A stretch of 63,982 nt of DNA, filler included, from an uncultured bacterium (GCA_964543115.1; 8 parts of 8 records of this genome joined end to end with filler, not necessarily neighbours in it), one strand, 5' to 3'; positions 49,447 through 60,716 are shown, counted from the whole stretch's first letter. The notes: a model not told the origin generated them from the letters alone. Translations and numbers: made by a program.

Positions 49447-51072
49447 GTGAGGAAGAAGAAAAAAACAAAATATATTTTTATTACCGGGGGAGTAGTTTCC
49501 AGTTTAGGAAAGGGAATTGCCTCAGCTTCTATTGCCCGGCTGCTGGAAAAAGAAGGGTTGAAAATCACGATCATGAAATTTGATCCTTATATCAATGTTG
49601 ATCCGGGGACAATGAGTCCTTACCAGCATGGTGAAGTATATGTAACCGATGACGGCGCGGAAACAGATTTGGATCTTGGTCATTATGAGAGATTCTGTTC
49701 GGCGGCTATGACTCAGGCTAATAATGTTACGTCCGGACAGGTTTATGAAACGGTAATCGCCAGGGAAAGGCGCGGTGATTATCTGGGAAAGACGATCCAG
49801 GTTGTCCCTCATATTATTGATGAAATTAAATCCCGGGTGAGGAACCTAGCTGATAATAAGGATGTTATAGTCGCGGAAATAGGTGGTACGGTAGGTGATA
49901 TCGAAAGTCTGCCTTTTCTGGAAGCCCTCCGGCAGTTCCCGCTTGATGTCGGCCGGGAAAATGTTCTTTATATTCATTTAACCCTTGTGCCTTTTCTTGG
50001 CGCGGCGGGTGAATTAAAGACCAAACCCACCCAGCATAGTGTCGGCCGCCTGCGGGAGATTGGTATTCAGCCGGATATTCTCTTGTGCCGGACACAAAAA
50101 CCTTTTACTAAAGGTGTGCGGGAAAAGATTGCCTTGTTTTGTAATCTGGACTTGAAGGCGGTAATTGAGGCCCGGGATGTCGATTGTATTTATGAGGTGC
50201 CTCTGGTGTTTCAGCAGCAACAGCTGGATAAACTGATCTTAAAGAAATTGCGTTTAAAAGGCAGTGGCAGACGGATGCGCGGCTGGGAGAGAATGGTAGC
50301 GGTTGCCAAGAATCCGGCTTATCAGATCACCGTTGCGGTGGTGGGGAAATATATTGAACTGCAGGATTCGTATATGAGTATTTACAAGGCGATTGAACAC
50401 GCGGGTTTTGCCAACAACTGCCGGGTGAATATAAAACGGATTGATTCTGAAAAACTTAAAGGTAGGGAAACAGAGCGGGCCTTCAAGGGTGTAGACGGTA
50501 TACTAGTCCCCGGGGGCTTTGGGATGCGGGGGATAGAAGGTAAGATCAGGGGGATTAGATATGCCCGGGAGAATAAAATACCTTTTCTGGGTTTATGTCT
50601 TGGTGTGCAATGCGCGGTGATTGAGTTTGCCCGTCATGTTTGTGGATTACGCAGGGCCAATAGTTCGGAATTTGATCCCAAGACCCCATATCCGGTAATT
50701 GATTTACTGCCGGAACAGAGGCAGGTAACTGATATGGGGGGGACGATGCGCTTAGGCGCCTATCCCTGCCGCTTACAAAATGATTCTTTGGCCCATAAGG
50801 CCTATAAGAAAAAGGTGATTTCTGAGCGTCACCGGCACCGCTATGAATTTAATAATTATTACCGGGAACTGTTGCGGAGTCAGGGGATGCGGTTCTCCGG
50901 AACTTCCCCGGACGGCCGCCTGGTGGAAATTGTTGAGATTGCCAAGCATCCCTGGTTTGTTGCCTGTCAATTTCACCCGGAATTTAAAAGTAAACCATTG
51001 GCTGCCCATCCGCTGTTTAATGGCTTTGTTAAAGCCGCTCTAAAAGGGAAGAAACGGGCGAAGAAGAAATAA
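49447..51072 (+). CDS. pyrG: CTP synthase
   Basis: [60 protein letters not shown] 49447 preferred. Confidence 0.97.
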   Translation: MRKKKKTKYIFITGGVVSSLGKGIASASIARLLEKEGLKITIMKFDPYINVDPGTMSPYQHGEVYVTDDGAETDLDLGHYERFCSAAMTQANNVTSGQVYETVIARERRGDYLGKTIQVVPHIIDEIKSRVRNLADNKDVIVAEIGGTVGDIESLPFLEALRQFPLDVGRENVLYIHLTLVPFLGAAGELKTKPTQHSVGRLREIGIQPDILLCRTQKPFTKGVREKIALFCNLDLKAVIEARDVDCIYEVPLVFQQQQLDKLILKKLRLKGSGRRMRGWERMVAVAKNPAYQITVAVVGKYIELQDSYMSIYKAIEHAGFANNCRVNIKRIDSEKLKGRETERAFKGVDGILVPGGFGMRGIEGKIRGIRYARENKIPFLGLCLGVQCAVIEFARHVCGLRRANSSEFDPKTPYPVIDLLPEQRQVTDMGGTMRLGAYPCRLQNDSLAHKAYKKKVISERHRHRYEFNNYYRELLRSQGMRFSGTSPDGRLVEIVEIAKHPWFVACQFHPEFKSKPLAAHPLFNGFVKAALKGKKRAKKK

Positions 51073-51078
51073 TTAATC

Positions 51079-51933
51079 ATGATTTTGACGAAAAAAATAC
51101 AAGTTGGTGAGATAACCGTGGGGGGAGATTCTCCGTTGAGTTTGATTGCGGGCCCCTGTGTTATTGAAGATGAAGCCGGAACTTTAGAAATTGCCGCTGC
51201 GTTGAAAGAAATAGCGGCAAAGGAGAATGTCCCCTTCATTTTTAAGGCCTCTTATGATAAAGGCAACCGTACGTCAGAAAATAGTTACCGCGGTCCGGGT
51301 CTGAAGCAGGGTCTTAGTGTTTTAGCTAAGGTGAAAGAAAAACTGGGAGTGCCTGTGCTTACCGATGTGCATTGTCACACTCAGGTAGCTGAGGTAGCGG
51401 AGGTAGTTGATATCGTACAGATTCCCGCTTTCTTGTGCCGGCAGACTGATTTAATAAAGGCGGTTGCCGCTAAGGCGAAATGTATTAATATCAAAAAAGG
51501 CCAATTTATGGCGCCCTGGGATATGCAGCCGGTAATAAAAAAAATAGAGAGTGCGGGGAATAAGAATATTTTTCTTACTGAACGGGGAACAAGTTTTGGT
51601 TATAATCAGCTGGTTAATGATTTGTGCGCCCTGCCCATAATGCGAAGTTACGGCTACCCGGTAGTTTTTGATGTTACCCATAGTTTGCAATTGCCCGGTG
51701 GCCTCGGTGATAAAAGCGGCGGGTGCCGGCAATTTATTCCACAGCTGGCGCGGGCGGCGGTGGCCTGTGGCTGTGAGCTGGTGTTTATGGAGGTTCATCA
51801 GGATCCGGAACGGGCTCTTTGCGATGGGCCGAACAGTTTTCCTCTGGCAGAAGTGAGATCGTTAATTACAGAATTAATTCAGATAGATAACATCGTGAAA
51901 AAGAGAAAGGCAACTATCTATGGCCAAGGTTGA
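51079..51933 (+). CDS. kdsA: Kdo-8-phosphate synthase
   Basis: IAGPCVIE, KASYDKGNRTS, QIPAFLCRQTD, KKGQF, ERGTSFGY, FDVTHS. Confidence 0.96.
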   Translation: MILTKKIQVGEITVGGDSPLSLIAGPCVIEDEAGTLEIAAALKEIAAKENVPFIFKASYDKGNRTSENSYRGPGLKQGLSVLAKVKEKLGVPVLTDVHCHTQVAEVAEVVDIVQIPAFLCRQTDLIKAVAAKAKCINIKKGQFMAPWDMQPVIKKIESAGNKNIFLTERGTSFGYNQLVNDLCALPIMRSYGYPVVFDVTHSLQLPGGLGDKSGGCRQFIPQLARAAVACGCELVFMEVHQDPERALCDGPNSFPLAEVRSLITELIQIDNIVKKRKATIYGQG

Positions 51934-52439
51934 GGCGATGAACAAATTATCTCTTATTGAACGGGCACGGGAAGTATTGCGTATTGAGGCGCAGGGAATA
52001 GTAGAGCTGAGTGAGCGGATGGGAAGTGAGTTTGAGCGGGCGATAGACTTGCTATATCACTGTCAGGGCAGGGTTGTGGTTACGGGTATAGGCAAGCCGG
52101 GGATTATTGGTCGAAAATTCTCTGCTACCCTGGCCAGTACCGGTACACCTTCTCTCTGGCTGCATCCGGTAGAGGCGGTTCATGGAGATTTAGGAATGGT
52201 AGTGAAAGATGATGTTGTGGTGGCTATCTCCAACAGTGGCGAGACGGAAGAGTTGATTAAATTGGTGCCGATAATCAAGAAAATTGGGGCGAAACTTATC
52301 CTGCTCACGGGTAATGCTAAATCTACGTTGGCTTCTCATAGTGATGTCTGCCTGGATGTCTCGGTAAGCCGGGAGGCCTGTAATTTAGGTTTGGTGCCCA
52401 CGGCCAGTACAACGGCTAGTTTAGCGTTGGCCGATGCCC
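51920..52439 (+). CDS. kdsD: Arabinose-5-phosphate isomerase (KpsF/GutQ), 3'-truncated
   Basis: VTGIGKPG, TLASTGTPS, HPVEAVHGDLG, SNSGET, PTASTT. Confidence 0.93.
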
Positions 52440-52539
52440 NNNNNNNNNNNNNNNNNNNNNNNNNNNNNNNNNNNNNNNNNNNNTTAATTAATTAANNNNN
52501 NNNNNNNNNNNNNNNNNNNNNNNNNNNNNNNNNNNNNNN
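52440..52539. other. Artificial contig-joining spacer
   Basis: N44-TTAATTAATTAA-N44. Confidence 0.97.
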
Positions 52540-52641
52540 AATAAACAGGTCATTTTCCTGGAGAACAGTTAATAGATTGCTTTTTTCTTTAACATGGATT
52601 GTTTTTGTGAAATCTCCTGAGATGATTTTAAGAGTTTTCAT
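52540..52641 (-). CDS. N-terminus of a truncated gene, possibly the AcsV/RACo corrinoid activator (2Fe-2S domain)
   Basis: MKTLKIISGDFTKTIHVKEKSNLLTVLQENDLF resembles the start of a ferredoxin-like domain; it lies right after acsC. The Cys motif is not visible. Confidence 0.4.
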
Positions 52642-52668
52642 GGGGTTAAGCGGTGACGCCGTTCCACG

Positions 52669-53994
52669 CTATTTCCAGGTCTCTTTGAGATATTGTGGGA
52701 TATCGGCTGCTTCTTGGGGGCCGACCAGGACCTCCCAGTCTTTGAGTTCGTCTTCTAATTCTCCTTGTAGAATAGATACATAACCGGGGATAATCACTTT
52801 TTTGTGGCTTATTTCTTTTTCTACCTCAGAATTAATGACAGAGTCGGCGATGAGTTTGGCTGAGAATTTGTTGGCAGACCAGGCAGTTAATACGGACATG
52901 CCTTCAGAATCGGTAATTAATAAACGGGAATTGTAGGGGGATCCTTCAATCTCTCCGGAAACGATGAAGTAGGTTAAAGAGAAGTTTGTAGTTACAATCA
53001 AGGGCGAATCAGGGGATGGTTCTCCTACTTTGTATATGCCCGGCTTTAGTTGAAGCGGTTTTTGTGGATCGGTGTATATATTCTGCCGTAATGTTAATAA
53101 AGGAAAGAGGCTGGCCCCGTCGTAATCCTTGATGATGATAATGGAAGAGTACTTACAGATGCCGGTGATGCCGGTGAAAATATTATTGCCACATTCAGTC
53201 AGCAGAGGATAGCCCGCCGGTTTGAAATGCTTTTTTAGCGCTAACCGCCTTAGTGACACATTTTCTTCTAATAGGTCAGCTATGGATCCGGATGTTGTTC
53301 TTAATGTCAGATTTTTTAAACCGGCAGCTTCTGCTAGTCCAACCAGATCAAACAATGAGTCCAAATTTTTTGCTTCCAGGACTATTTTAATGTCCTTTCC
53401 GGACAGTGTTTCTTTAAAGTCGTTTATTGTGGCAGCAGTGAGGCTGTTAATGATTAACTTTGAATGATTATTTTCAATCGCCAGTATTTCCCGCATGATT
53501 CCAGGATTTATATTCGACAATATTACAATCTTATCCAGATCTTTTATCGCTTTATATTTAGTGATGTAATTGGCAGTGTTATTGCTTGTGTTTAGTAATG
53601 ATATACATTCAGGAGATAAGATTTCACCGACCCGATCAAAGGAATAGGATTTAATTTCTTCAATTTTTTTGTTAAATTCAGTGTCTGCCAAATCGTCATG
53701 AACTTCCAGGGCGATAAGTGTCTGGTTGCAGAATGTTTTTTCGTGTCTGTACATGACAGTTTCCGCGCCGGCAGTAAATTTTTGCGTTCCGGCAGCAAAG
53801 TCGAGTTTTTTTATTGGGGGTGTCTGTGAGGCCCCGAGTACTTCCAGCGATTCCGGAGCGATATGCGGGCAGAGGTCCAGCTCGGCGCTTTTAGCGGCAA
53901 GTTTCATGGCAAATGCCAGACAGGTGGGTACGCCGCACTCGTTACAGTTTTTATTCGGCAATAATTTAAAGATTTGTAATCCTGTTAAGGCCAT
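52669..53994 (-). CDS. acsC: Corrinoid/iron-sulfur protein large subunit
   Basis: LLPNKNCNECGVPTCLAFA, CPH, LRQNIYTDPQKP, TTNFSLTYF, SVLTAWSA, VGPQEA. Confidence 0.95.
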   Translation of the reverse strand: MALTGLQIFKLLPNKNCNECGVPTCLAFAMKLAAKSAELDLCPHIAPESLEVLGASQTPPIKKLDFAAGTQKFTAGAETVMYRHEKTFCNQTLIALEVHDDLADTEFNKKIEEIKSYSFDRVGEILSPECISLLNTSNNTANYITKYKAIKDLDKIVILSNINPGIMREILAIENNHSKLIINSLTAATINDFKETLSGKDIKIVLEAKNLDSLFDLVGLAEAAGLKNLTLRTTSGSIADLLEENVSLRRLALKKHFKPAGYPLLTECGNNIFTGITGICKYSSIIIIKDYDGASLFPLLTLRQNIYTDPQKPLQLKPGIYKVGEPSPDSPLIVTTNFSLTYFIVSGEIEGSPYNSRLLITDSEGMSVLTAWSANKFSAKLIADSVINSEVEKEISHKKVIIPGYVSILQGELEDELKDWEVLVGPQEAADIPQYLKETWK

Positions 53995-54003
53995 AATTGA
54001 CTC

Positions 54004-54936
54004 CTATGTTTCTGCGCAGAATAACGAATCGATAAATGTTTTGATCTGTTTTACCGATTCAGGGTGTCTGACAATAACGATATTCGCCCCGGATAAAATT
54101 AAGCTGATAGCGGTAGTAACTTCCCAATTGATTCCTCTTTGCAGATTATCGCCAAGAATTCTATCTTCTAATTTGATTTCCTTGATCTTCCAGGTATCTT
54201 GTCCGACACAGCAGATGAATGGCGGTGACATCATTTTATCGTCATTAAAGGTCTGCAGCCGGATCCTCTCCATAACGGAATATGTATACTCTAGTCCATA
54301 CCCGAGGGCGCCGGTCATCGGGTCCATGATTATTTTTTCCAGCGGGAAATGCATTTGGGTAATTAGGATATTTAATTGTTTAGCTATGTTTACGTCTATC
54401 GGGGATTCGGCAATGAGAAAATGATTGCCGGCCATAGCGGATGCGGTGATTGTCCTGTAATTGTCTTCGTGCGCGGAACCGATAATGATCTGTCTAGAGG
54501 CGTTTTCACAGCATTTGGCAATAACCTCATTTGTTTTTTCATAATTCCCTTTTGGCCTCACGGCGACCGGACAGTCAACTGCGCCTAAAACAGTGTTCAT
54601 TATATCCGCGGCTTCTGCTGCTCGGATGTTTTGTTTGTCTTGATGGGTTCCCGGCAGATCGAGAAAAATTAGATCAGCCTGAAAATCATAGCAGCACTTT
54701 TTGGCCCAGTCAGCCGGGCTGTTAAGGATATCATTTCCAATGGATTCTTTTAATATTTGCGGCCAATTTTCTGGATAAACATCGTTTATTTCCATACCTA
54801 CTGCCGGCCTGTTGGGGAATTCACCTTCGAATTTATGGTAGGAAAAAGCCGTCTCGCTGCCGATTTTTAATTTTTCGGATAATTGTAATTCGTTAACTTT
54901 ACCAAGCCATTTTTCTCTCACGTCGTTATAATCCAT
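54004..54936 (-). CDS. acsD: Corrinoid/iron-sulfur protein small subunit
   Basis: ESPIDVNIAKQLNIL, IMDPMTGALGYGLEYTYSVMERIR. Confidence 0.95.
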   Translation of the reverse strand: MDYNDVREKWLGKVNELQLSEKLKIGSETAFSYHKFEGEFPNRPAVGMEINDVYPENWPQILKESIGNDILNSPADWAKKCCYDFQADLIFLDLPGTHQDKQNIRAAEAADIMNTVLGAVDCPVAVRPKGNYEKTNEVIAKCCENASRQIIIGSAHEDNYRTITASAMAGNHFLIAESPIDVNIAKQLNILITQMHFPLEKIIMDPMTGALGYGLEYTYSVMERIRLQTFNDDKMMSPPFICCVGQDTWKIKEIKLEDRILGDNLQRGINWEVTTAISLILSGANIVIVRHPESVKQIKTFIDSLFCAET

Positions 54937-54945
54937 GTTTTACTC

Positions 54946-57123
54946 CTAGATCATTTCTCCCATTTGTAATGCTGGGTGTTCTTTTTCTGTCAGAAATGGG
55001 ATTAAGCCTTCTAAATCAGTTGTTACGGTTTCGTCAGCAATTTTATCAATTAAATCTGGTGCTCCGAGCTGCTTAGCGCGTTCATCAAGTTCGGTCCTGA
55101 ACTTTTCTTTAACGGAAGAAGGCATCCAGACCAGTCTTTTTAGGCCTCCTTCAGCAGAGATAAACTTCTTACTTATAATATAGCTAAGTCCGATTCCCAA
55201 AAATCCCGGAGTTTGTTGGCCGCCGCCAACTACTCCGGCAAGTGTGGAGAAGGTCATGCCGCAAGGTGTCATATCCAGAAAAGTTCTGTCCACAACCATA
55301 AAACCGCCGGTGCCGGGCAGAATAGCGATAATAGATTCAAAACAGCCGCAGGAAGTCATGGGGTTCTGCACAAGAGAATAGGCGCTAAACCTAGATAATG
55401 TTTTGTTGGAGCTTTTATAGACAAATTCATTGATGCCTTTCCATTCACCTGCCGCCGCGTCTATTAAATCACCTTTGGGTACGGGCTGATTGGAGCCGGT
55501 GGGGGCTATTTGATGTGCCGCTTTTCCGTCCAGCCAGTTATAGGCGCCGCAGAGGCCTAATCTTTCCGGAGTGATGATGCAGATATGATTAGGCGCGAAT
55601 GATTGGCAGAGGGCACAGGAATAAAAGACGTTTACGCTTTCATCGGTCATCTCGCCAATCCTCTGATCTCGTTCTTTGTAAAGCCGTTCGGCTATCGCTA
55701 AATGTTCAGCGGCCTTTTTCTGTTCCGTATATATGTGTACCTCTACTTTGTCGACGATAGAAGGATATTCAGCCAGAAGTTTTGTGTGCATGATCTTCCC
55801 GATATCAGCGATTTTGAATCCGGCTTTTTTTGCTTCTTTACTTATCCTCAGCCAGACAATATTGCGTTGGCCGATATGCATCAGGCCGCTGGCTTGATTG
55901 AGCAGCCGGTGCATTTGCCGTTCGATGACCGGCTCAAAATCCTTCTGCATTTTTCTCCCGGCAACATAGACCACAGTTCCCAGGGGCAGGGCATCGTCTT
56001 CGTTAATATCATCTATTTCTTTACCGATAACCTCAATCTTCCCGTCTTCGATCTCAGCTAACTCTTTTTGCTGCACATATTCAAATGCCTTGGAGACTTT
56101 GCCGCCGAATTCTACAGCGGCATCTTTTTTCCGGACCCTTTCTCCTTCAAAGGCCGCGCCATAGAGTACCGGGATGGGCGGTTTGGAAACAGTTATCTTC
56201 ACGCCGCGAATTTCAATAGCCTTAGCAACGATTTTATTAAGATTCTTTTCTTTGACTAATTCTTCATATAAGCAGACACCCGTAGGCAGGATTTCCGGTA
56301 TATCCGTATCGGCAATAACCGGGAAGCCCATGGCAATGGCCCCGGCGCCGGTGGCAAATTTGAGGTCATCTATTGGGCCCAACCCTATTCCAAAGGCAAA
56401 AACCCGGTCCCGGCAATATTCAAGACATTTTTGTCCGGAGCCGCCCTGCAGGCCGCCGAAGGTCAGTGCGGAACGAATTGCCCAGTTGAGCGCGTAGATA
56501 GTGGATTCAGTATCTTCGCCCAGGGGTACAATATATGTATCCCAACCCATTTCCACACCTTCAGCCTCTAGCTGCTTTTTCATGGTATAGCCGTTGCTGC
56601 TGCCGCTTAAGAATGTAAGAATACTCTTTTCCTGCAATTCCCGCACGATTTTGACAGCCATCTTGCTATCTTTGGGGGCACCGATAATTGCCGCGAAGCC
56701 GGGCATACGTCCATCCACAAGCTGGATGCCGAGTGTCCTCATCTGGGTATCGGAAAGAAAACCGATATATCCTGACTGCGGTTCTGTTCCTTCGCTGTAC
56801 TTTAAGAGCATTAGTATCTCTTCGAGCATCAAGGTAGTCAGTCCACTATCCAGGGCGTCTCCCAGGTATGGTAACCAGTTAACATCAGCCGGAGGTTGCT
56901 GGATCAGGGTCCGGAGATAATCGAGAAAAGAACCAATATCTTTCAGTTGTTGAATCTTTTTTCCCGTAAGCGCAAAGATCATGGGCGCGTAATAAGCCGT
57001 TTCCGGAAAAGCAACATTAAATTCCACACCCTTATTTCGTAAAATATTCTCATATTTGTCGCTTACTCTCTGGAATAACTCTTTTGTTCCGTTGATTACG
57101 GCGGTAGCTACGATTTTTGACAT
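54946..57123 (-). CDS. acsB: Acetyl-CoA synthase (bacterial type)
   Basis: GIQLVDGRMPG, DFEPVIER, SCALCQSFAPNHICIITPERLGLCG, PMTSCGCFE, GQQTPGF. Confidence 0.96.
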   Translation of the reverse strand: MSKIVATAVINGTKELFQRVSDKYENILRNKGVEFNVAFPETAYYAPMIFALTGKKIQQLKDIGSFLDYLRTLIQQPPADVNWLPYLGDALDSGLTTLMLEEILMLLKYSEGTEPQSGYIGFLSDTQMRTLGIQLVDGRMPGFAAIIGAPKDSKMAVKIVRELQEKSILTFLSGSSNGYTMKKQLEAEGVEMGWDTYIVPLGEDTESTIYALNWAIRSALTFGGLQGGSGQKCLEYCRDRVFAFGIGLGPIDDLKFATGAGAIAMGFPVIADTDIPEILPTGVCLYEELVKEKNLNKIVAKAIEIRGVKITVSKPPIPVLYGAAFEGERVRKKDAAVEFGGKVSKAFEYVQQKELAEIEDGKIEVIGKEIDDINEDDALPLGTVVYVAGRKMQKDFEPVIERQMHRLLNQASGLMHIGQRNIVWLRISKEAKKAGFKIADIGKIMHTKLLAEYPSIVDKVEVHIYTEQKKAAEHLAIAERLYKERDQRIGEMTDESVNVFYSCALCQSFAPNHICIITPERLGLCGAYNWLDGKAAHQIAPTGSNQPVPKGDLIDAAAGEWKGINEFVYKSSNKTLSRFSAYSLVQNPMTSCGCFESIIAILPGTGGFMVVDRTFLDMTPCGMTFSTLAGVVGGGQQTPGFLGIGLSYIISKKFISAEGGLKRLVWMPSSVKEKFRTELDERAKQLGAPDLIDKIADETVTTDLEGLIPFLTEKEHPALQMGEMI

Positions 57124-57124
57124 A

Positions 57125-58393
57125 TTAGTTTCCTTTCTTCATTAAGGATACAGTTTCTTTTTCATCCAGACATTCTAATAAATCCGCCCGGGTTAAGGTT
57201 GCCGAACCGAGCTTATCTTTGATCGTGGAAATGTCCCGTTTTTCTTTTAAAAGATTATTTAGGATGCCGGCAAAGCGGAGATCTCCGGCAGCGACAAAGC
57301 CGTGGATTCTGTTTCTATTTACAAAGATCCTTCTCAGGATTAAGGGATCAGTTGATCTGAAATCATAAACGTCCGAAAAATCTCGGCGCAGATTCCCGGC
57401 GGCGATACAGGGAATGCCGAAACAATCAATAGAATTCATGGAGACGGCACCGTCGTAAAGTGTATGTTCAGCTGCCATATTTTTTCCCGCTACCGTTCCT
57501 TGATCTATAGCTGTAGTCCAGAGGGCCTTAATATCACGTTCGCCTGTTAGTAAATCCAGTGTCTCTGCCGCATCTCCGGCTGCATAGATGTCTTCAGCAC
57601 TGGTTTTCATAGTGTTATCTACTACTATTCCCCAATTAACCGTTAGCCCCGCATCTTTGGCCAGTTGGGTGTTAGGGGTTACTCCTTTTGTTATAATAAC
57701 CAGCTGACATTCTATTTTCTCATTATTTGACAATAGTACACCGTTTACTTGGTTGTTGTCACAATCTATTTTTTTAACATCAATTCCTGTTAGAAGATTA
57801 ATCTTGTCAGCAACAATCCCGCTTAGAAATTCAGCCGAATTCGCATCCAGCATTTGGGATAAGATGTTATTTGATCTAGCAATAACAAAAACTTTCTTCC
57901 CCTTTTTGTGTAATGCCTGGGCGACTTTTATTCCAATTAGGCCGGCACCTAAGATGGCAACGGCATTGATGCCTTCGAGCCTTGCAATAATCTTTTCGGC
58001 ATCTGCAATTGTCCGGATTAGAAAAATATCGGCGTTGCTGTCCTTACAAAAAGGCAGCGTCTTTGCCGCGGACCCGGTTGCGATAAGCAGCTTATAATAA
58101 GATATCTCCTCTTTATTATCCAGAATAATCTTTTTTTCCTTTTTGTTAATATTAATAATTTTTTTGCCGTCTAATAATTTTATATTGTGCTGCGCGTAAA
58201 ATGCTTTATCTCTGAAGGTAATAGTTTTACGGTCAATCTGGCCAGAAAGATAATATGACAGCAGGCACCTGGAGTATGCCGGTCCTTTTTCGTCGGAAAC
58301 GATAATTATTTCCGCAATAGGATCTAATTTTCTTATTTCCTGGGCAGCAGCGATTCCTGCGGCACTATTGCCGATAACAACAAACTTTTTCAT
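57125..58393 (-). CDS. FAD/NAD(P)-dependent oxidoreductase (FNOR/NirB small-domain-like)
   Basis: VIGNSAAG, YSRCLL, LLIATGS, LGAGLIG, IYAAGD. Confidence 0.85.
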   Translation of the reverse strand: MKKFVVIGNSAAGIAAAQEIRKLDPIAEIIIVSDEKGPAYSRCLLSYYLSGQIDRKTITFRDKAFYAQHNIKLLDGKKIININKKEKKIILDNKEEISYYKLLIATGSAAKTLPFCKDSNADIFLIRTIADAEKIIARLEGINAVAILGAGLIGIKVAQALHKKGKKVFVIARSNNILSQMLDANSAEFLSGIVADKINLLTGIDVKKIDCDNNQVNGVLLSNNEKIECQLVIITKGVTPNTQLAKDAGLTVNWGIVVDNTMKTSAEDIYAAGDAAETLDLLTGERDIKALWTTAIDQGTVAGKNMAAEHTLYDGAVSMNSIDCFGIPCIAAGNLRRDFSDVYDFRSTDPLILRRIFVNRNRIHGFVAAGDLRFAGILNNLLKEKRDISTIKDKLGSATLTRADLLECLDEKETVSLMKKGN

Positions 58394-58401
58394 TATTTTT
58401 C

Positions 58402-58824
58402 CTATTCAATTACCAGGGCGCCTGTGGGACAGGCGAGGACGCATTCGGGAGTTTCCTTTTTATCACAGTTATCACATTTTGAGGCCAGGCCGTTAAACAT
58501 ACATATGGAACCATGAGGACACCTCATAATACAAGACCAGCAGCCGACACATTTGTCTTTATTGAAGCAGATGCAATCTTTTTCTTCATCTATATATAGG
58601 GCCCCGGAGATGCAGGCAGCGACACATAAAGGGTCGTCACACTGGCGGCAGTTAAAGGGGAGAGCTTTTCCGGCCACCTGGATTAGATCAATATTTTTAA
58701 CAGGAGGATCTGTTAGTTTTACCGCCTCGAAAATATCCTTGGCCCCGGCATTTTTCAGGTAGCAGGCCAGCTCACATCTCCGGCAACGCAGGCATTTATC
58801 AAGGTCACAATAGATTTTTTTCAC
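58402..58824 (-). CDS. cooF: 4Fe-4S dicluster electron-transfer protein (CooF-like)
   Basis: CLRCRRCELAC, CRQCDDPLCVAAC, CVGCWSCIMRCP, KCDNC...CVLACPTGAL. Confidence 0.85.
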   Translation of the reverse strand: MKKIYCDLDKCLRCRRCELACYLKNAGAKDIFEAVKLTDPPVKNIDLIQVAGKALPFNCRQCDDPLCVAACISGALYIDEEKDCICFNKDKCVGCWSCIMRCPHGSICMFNGLASKCDNCDKKETPECVLACPTGALVIE

Positions 58825-60716
58825 TATTTTAGCCCCAGATTTTCCCTTTTTTTATTTATCTGATCAATTATTAATCCGGCTGCTTTAACTGGATCAGGTT
58901 CGAAGGCAAATTTCCCGCCGGTAAGATTCTCGATCTCTGAGCAGAGGAAATTTTCTACATTTTTACTTCCCAGGACAGGGAAAGGCATACCCATGACGGT
59001 ATAAACTCCGGAGGCAACGAAATAACAGCCAATGGTAATAGCTTTTTCACTCATCCAGCATTCAGGCGCGGCACCGGCTACCGGTAATTCATCGATACTT
59101 TTGCCAATATGTCCTTCATTAATCATTTCCACGGCCGCGGTCAGGATCCGGCTGTTATCAACACATGAACCGAAATGAAGTACCGGCGGGATGCCCACGG
59201 CTTCACAGACCTCTGCCAGGCCAGGGCCGGCCAGATCCAGGGCGGCCTCTGGTCTCATTAAACCGGCTTTGGCACAGGCTATGGCCGAACAACCTGTTTG
59301 GACAACGAGGATATCGTTTTTGATCAGTTCCTTAACAAGTGATACATGCATAAAATCATGGGTTAGTTTTGGGTTGTTACAGCCCACAACTCCAACAACA
59401 CCTTTTATTTTGCCGCTAATAATTGCTTCATTAAGCGGCCGGTATGATTTCCTGAAGGTCCCTCCTAAGAGGTATTTAACGTTTTCAGTAGTAAAACCAG
59501 CTACCAGGTCCATGGTCTCTTCAGGGATAAAGACCCTGCTTTTTTCTCTCTTCTTGAAATTAGCAATTCCCGTTTTAATGATTTTTTTGGCCACTTCTTT
59601 TGCCCGGTCCGGGGTGAATTCAATATGCTTAACTATTTCAGGAAATTTGGCCTTGGTTGATGTGGTGATAATCTCGGTATGAAAGCACCGGGCGATATCA
59701 GTGAGTGAGGGCATGATGCATTGAACATCGACCATCATAACTTCAACAGCGCCGGTAAGTAATGCTAATTCCTGCTGCAAAAAATTCCCGGCCACCGGAA
59801 CGCCATGCCGCATCAGTATCTCGTTAGCGGTACAGCAGATGCCGGCAATATTGATGCCTTCGGCCCCCGCCGCTTTAGCCTGATTAATTAGTTCTTCGTC
59901 CTTCATCTCTTGATAGACTGCTTCTGTTATTAAGGGCTCGTGGCCATGCACGACAATGTTTACCATGTCTTTTTTTAAAACGCCCAGGTTTACTTTGGCC
60001 CTGACCGGAGCCGGAGAGCCAACCACAGTATCGGTTAATTCTGTGGCGATCATTGATCCGCCCCAACCGTCAGCGAGGGCGGCGCGCAGGGCGCTAAGCA
60101 GAACAGATTTATAATTGTTTTCTACGCCCATATTTGTCCGGTGCATAACCTCCACTACTTCCCGGTCAACGTTTCGCGGTGTAATATTCAGTTTTTCCCA
60201 GATTTCCCGCTGGCGTTTTGGCGCGCGATCGATCATTTTAATCGTCCCGCTATATTTTCCAAATTCAGCAAGTATTCTTTTAGCAAGTTCTTTTAAGATA
60301 GACGCGAAACTTTCTTTTTCCGTTTTGACGCCGAATTCAGCGGCTAATCTTTTTAGTTTTTCTTCATCAACCACCTTAAAATCTGCTGTCCTGTCTTCAG
60401 CGATTTCCAATAAGGCCTCAGCGATATCCCGGCCATGATCTGAATGGGCGGCAGATCCGGCGGCTATTTTTCTCGCTAGATTTCTAGCGGCAATCAGATC
60501 GGCATCAGCGCCACAGACACCCACCGCCTTTTCCTTGTCGAAAGGATCAATGCTGCAAGGGCCCATATTGCAGGTGGTACAGCAGATGCCTAACATGCCA
60601 AAACCGCATTGGGGCATCATCTTTTTTAATCTATCCCAAACGATTGGTACATTATCTTGATTGGCCCGGGCAATCATTTTATTTGTTGCGGGGTCAATAC
60701 TGATCTTTTCATTCAT
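58824..60716 (-). CDS. cooS: Ni,Fe carbon monoxide dehydrogenase
   Basis: PQCGFG..GICCTTCNMGPC, GSAAHSDHGR, HGHEP, GICCT, DVQC, GVVGCNN, GSCVDNSR, SEKA. Confidence 0.96.
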   Translation of the reverse strand: MNEKISIDPATNKMIARANQDNVPIVWDRLKKMMPQCGFGMLGICCTTCNMGPCSIDPFDKEKAVGVCGADADLIAARNLARKIAAGSAAHSDHGRDIAEALLEIAEDRTADFKVVDEEKLKRLAAEFGVKTEKESFASILKELAKRILAEFGKYSGTIKMIDRAPKRQREIWEKLNITPRNVDREVVEVMHRTNMGVENNYKSVLLSALRAALADGWGGSMIATELTDTVVGSPAPVRAKVNLGVLKKDMVNIVVHGHEPLITEAVYQEMKDEELINQAKAAGAEGINIAGICCTANEILMRHGVPVAGNFLQQELALLTGAVEVMMVDVQCIMPSLTDIARCFHTEIITTSTKAKFPEIVKHIEFTPDRAKEVAKKIIKTGIANFKKREKSRVFIPEETMDLVAGFTTENVKYLLGGTFRKSYRPLNEAIISGKIKGVVGVVGCNNPKLTHDFMHVSLVKELIKNDILVVQTGCSAIACAKAGLMRPEAALDLAGPGLAEVCEAVGIPPVLHFGSCVDNSRILTAAVEMINEGHIGKSIDELPVAGAAPECWMSEKAITIGCYFVASGVYTVMGMPFPVLGSKNVENFLCSEIENLTGGKFAFEPDPVKAAGLIIDQINKKRENLGLK

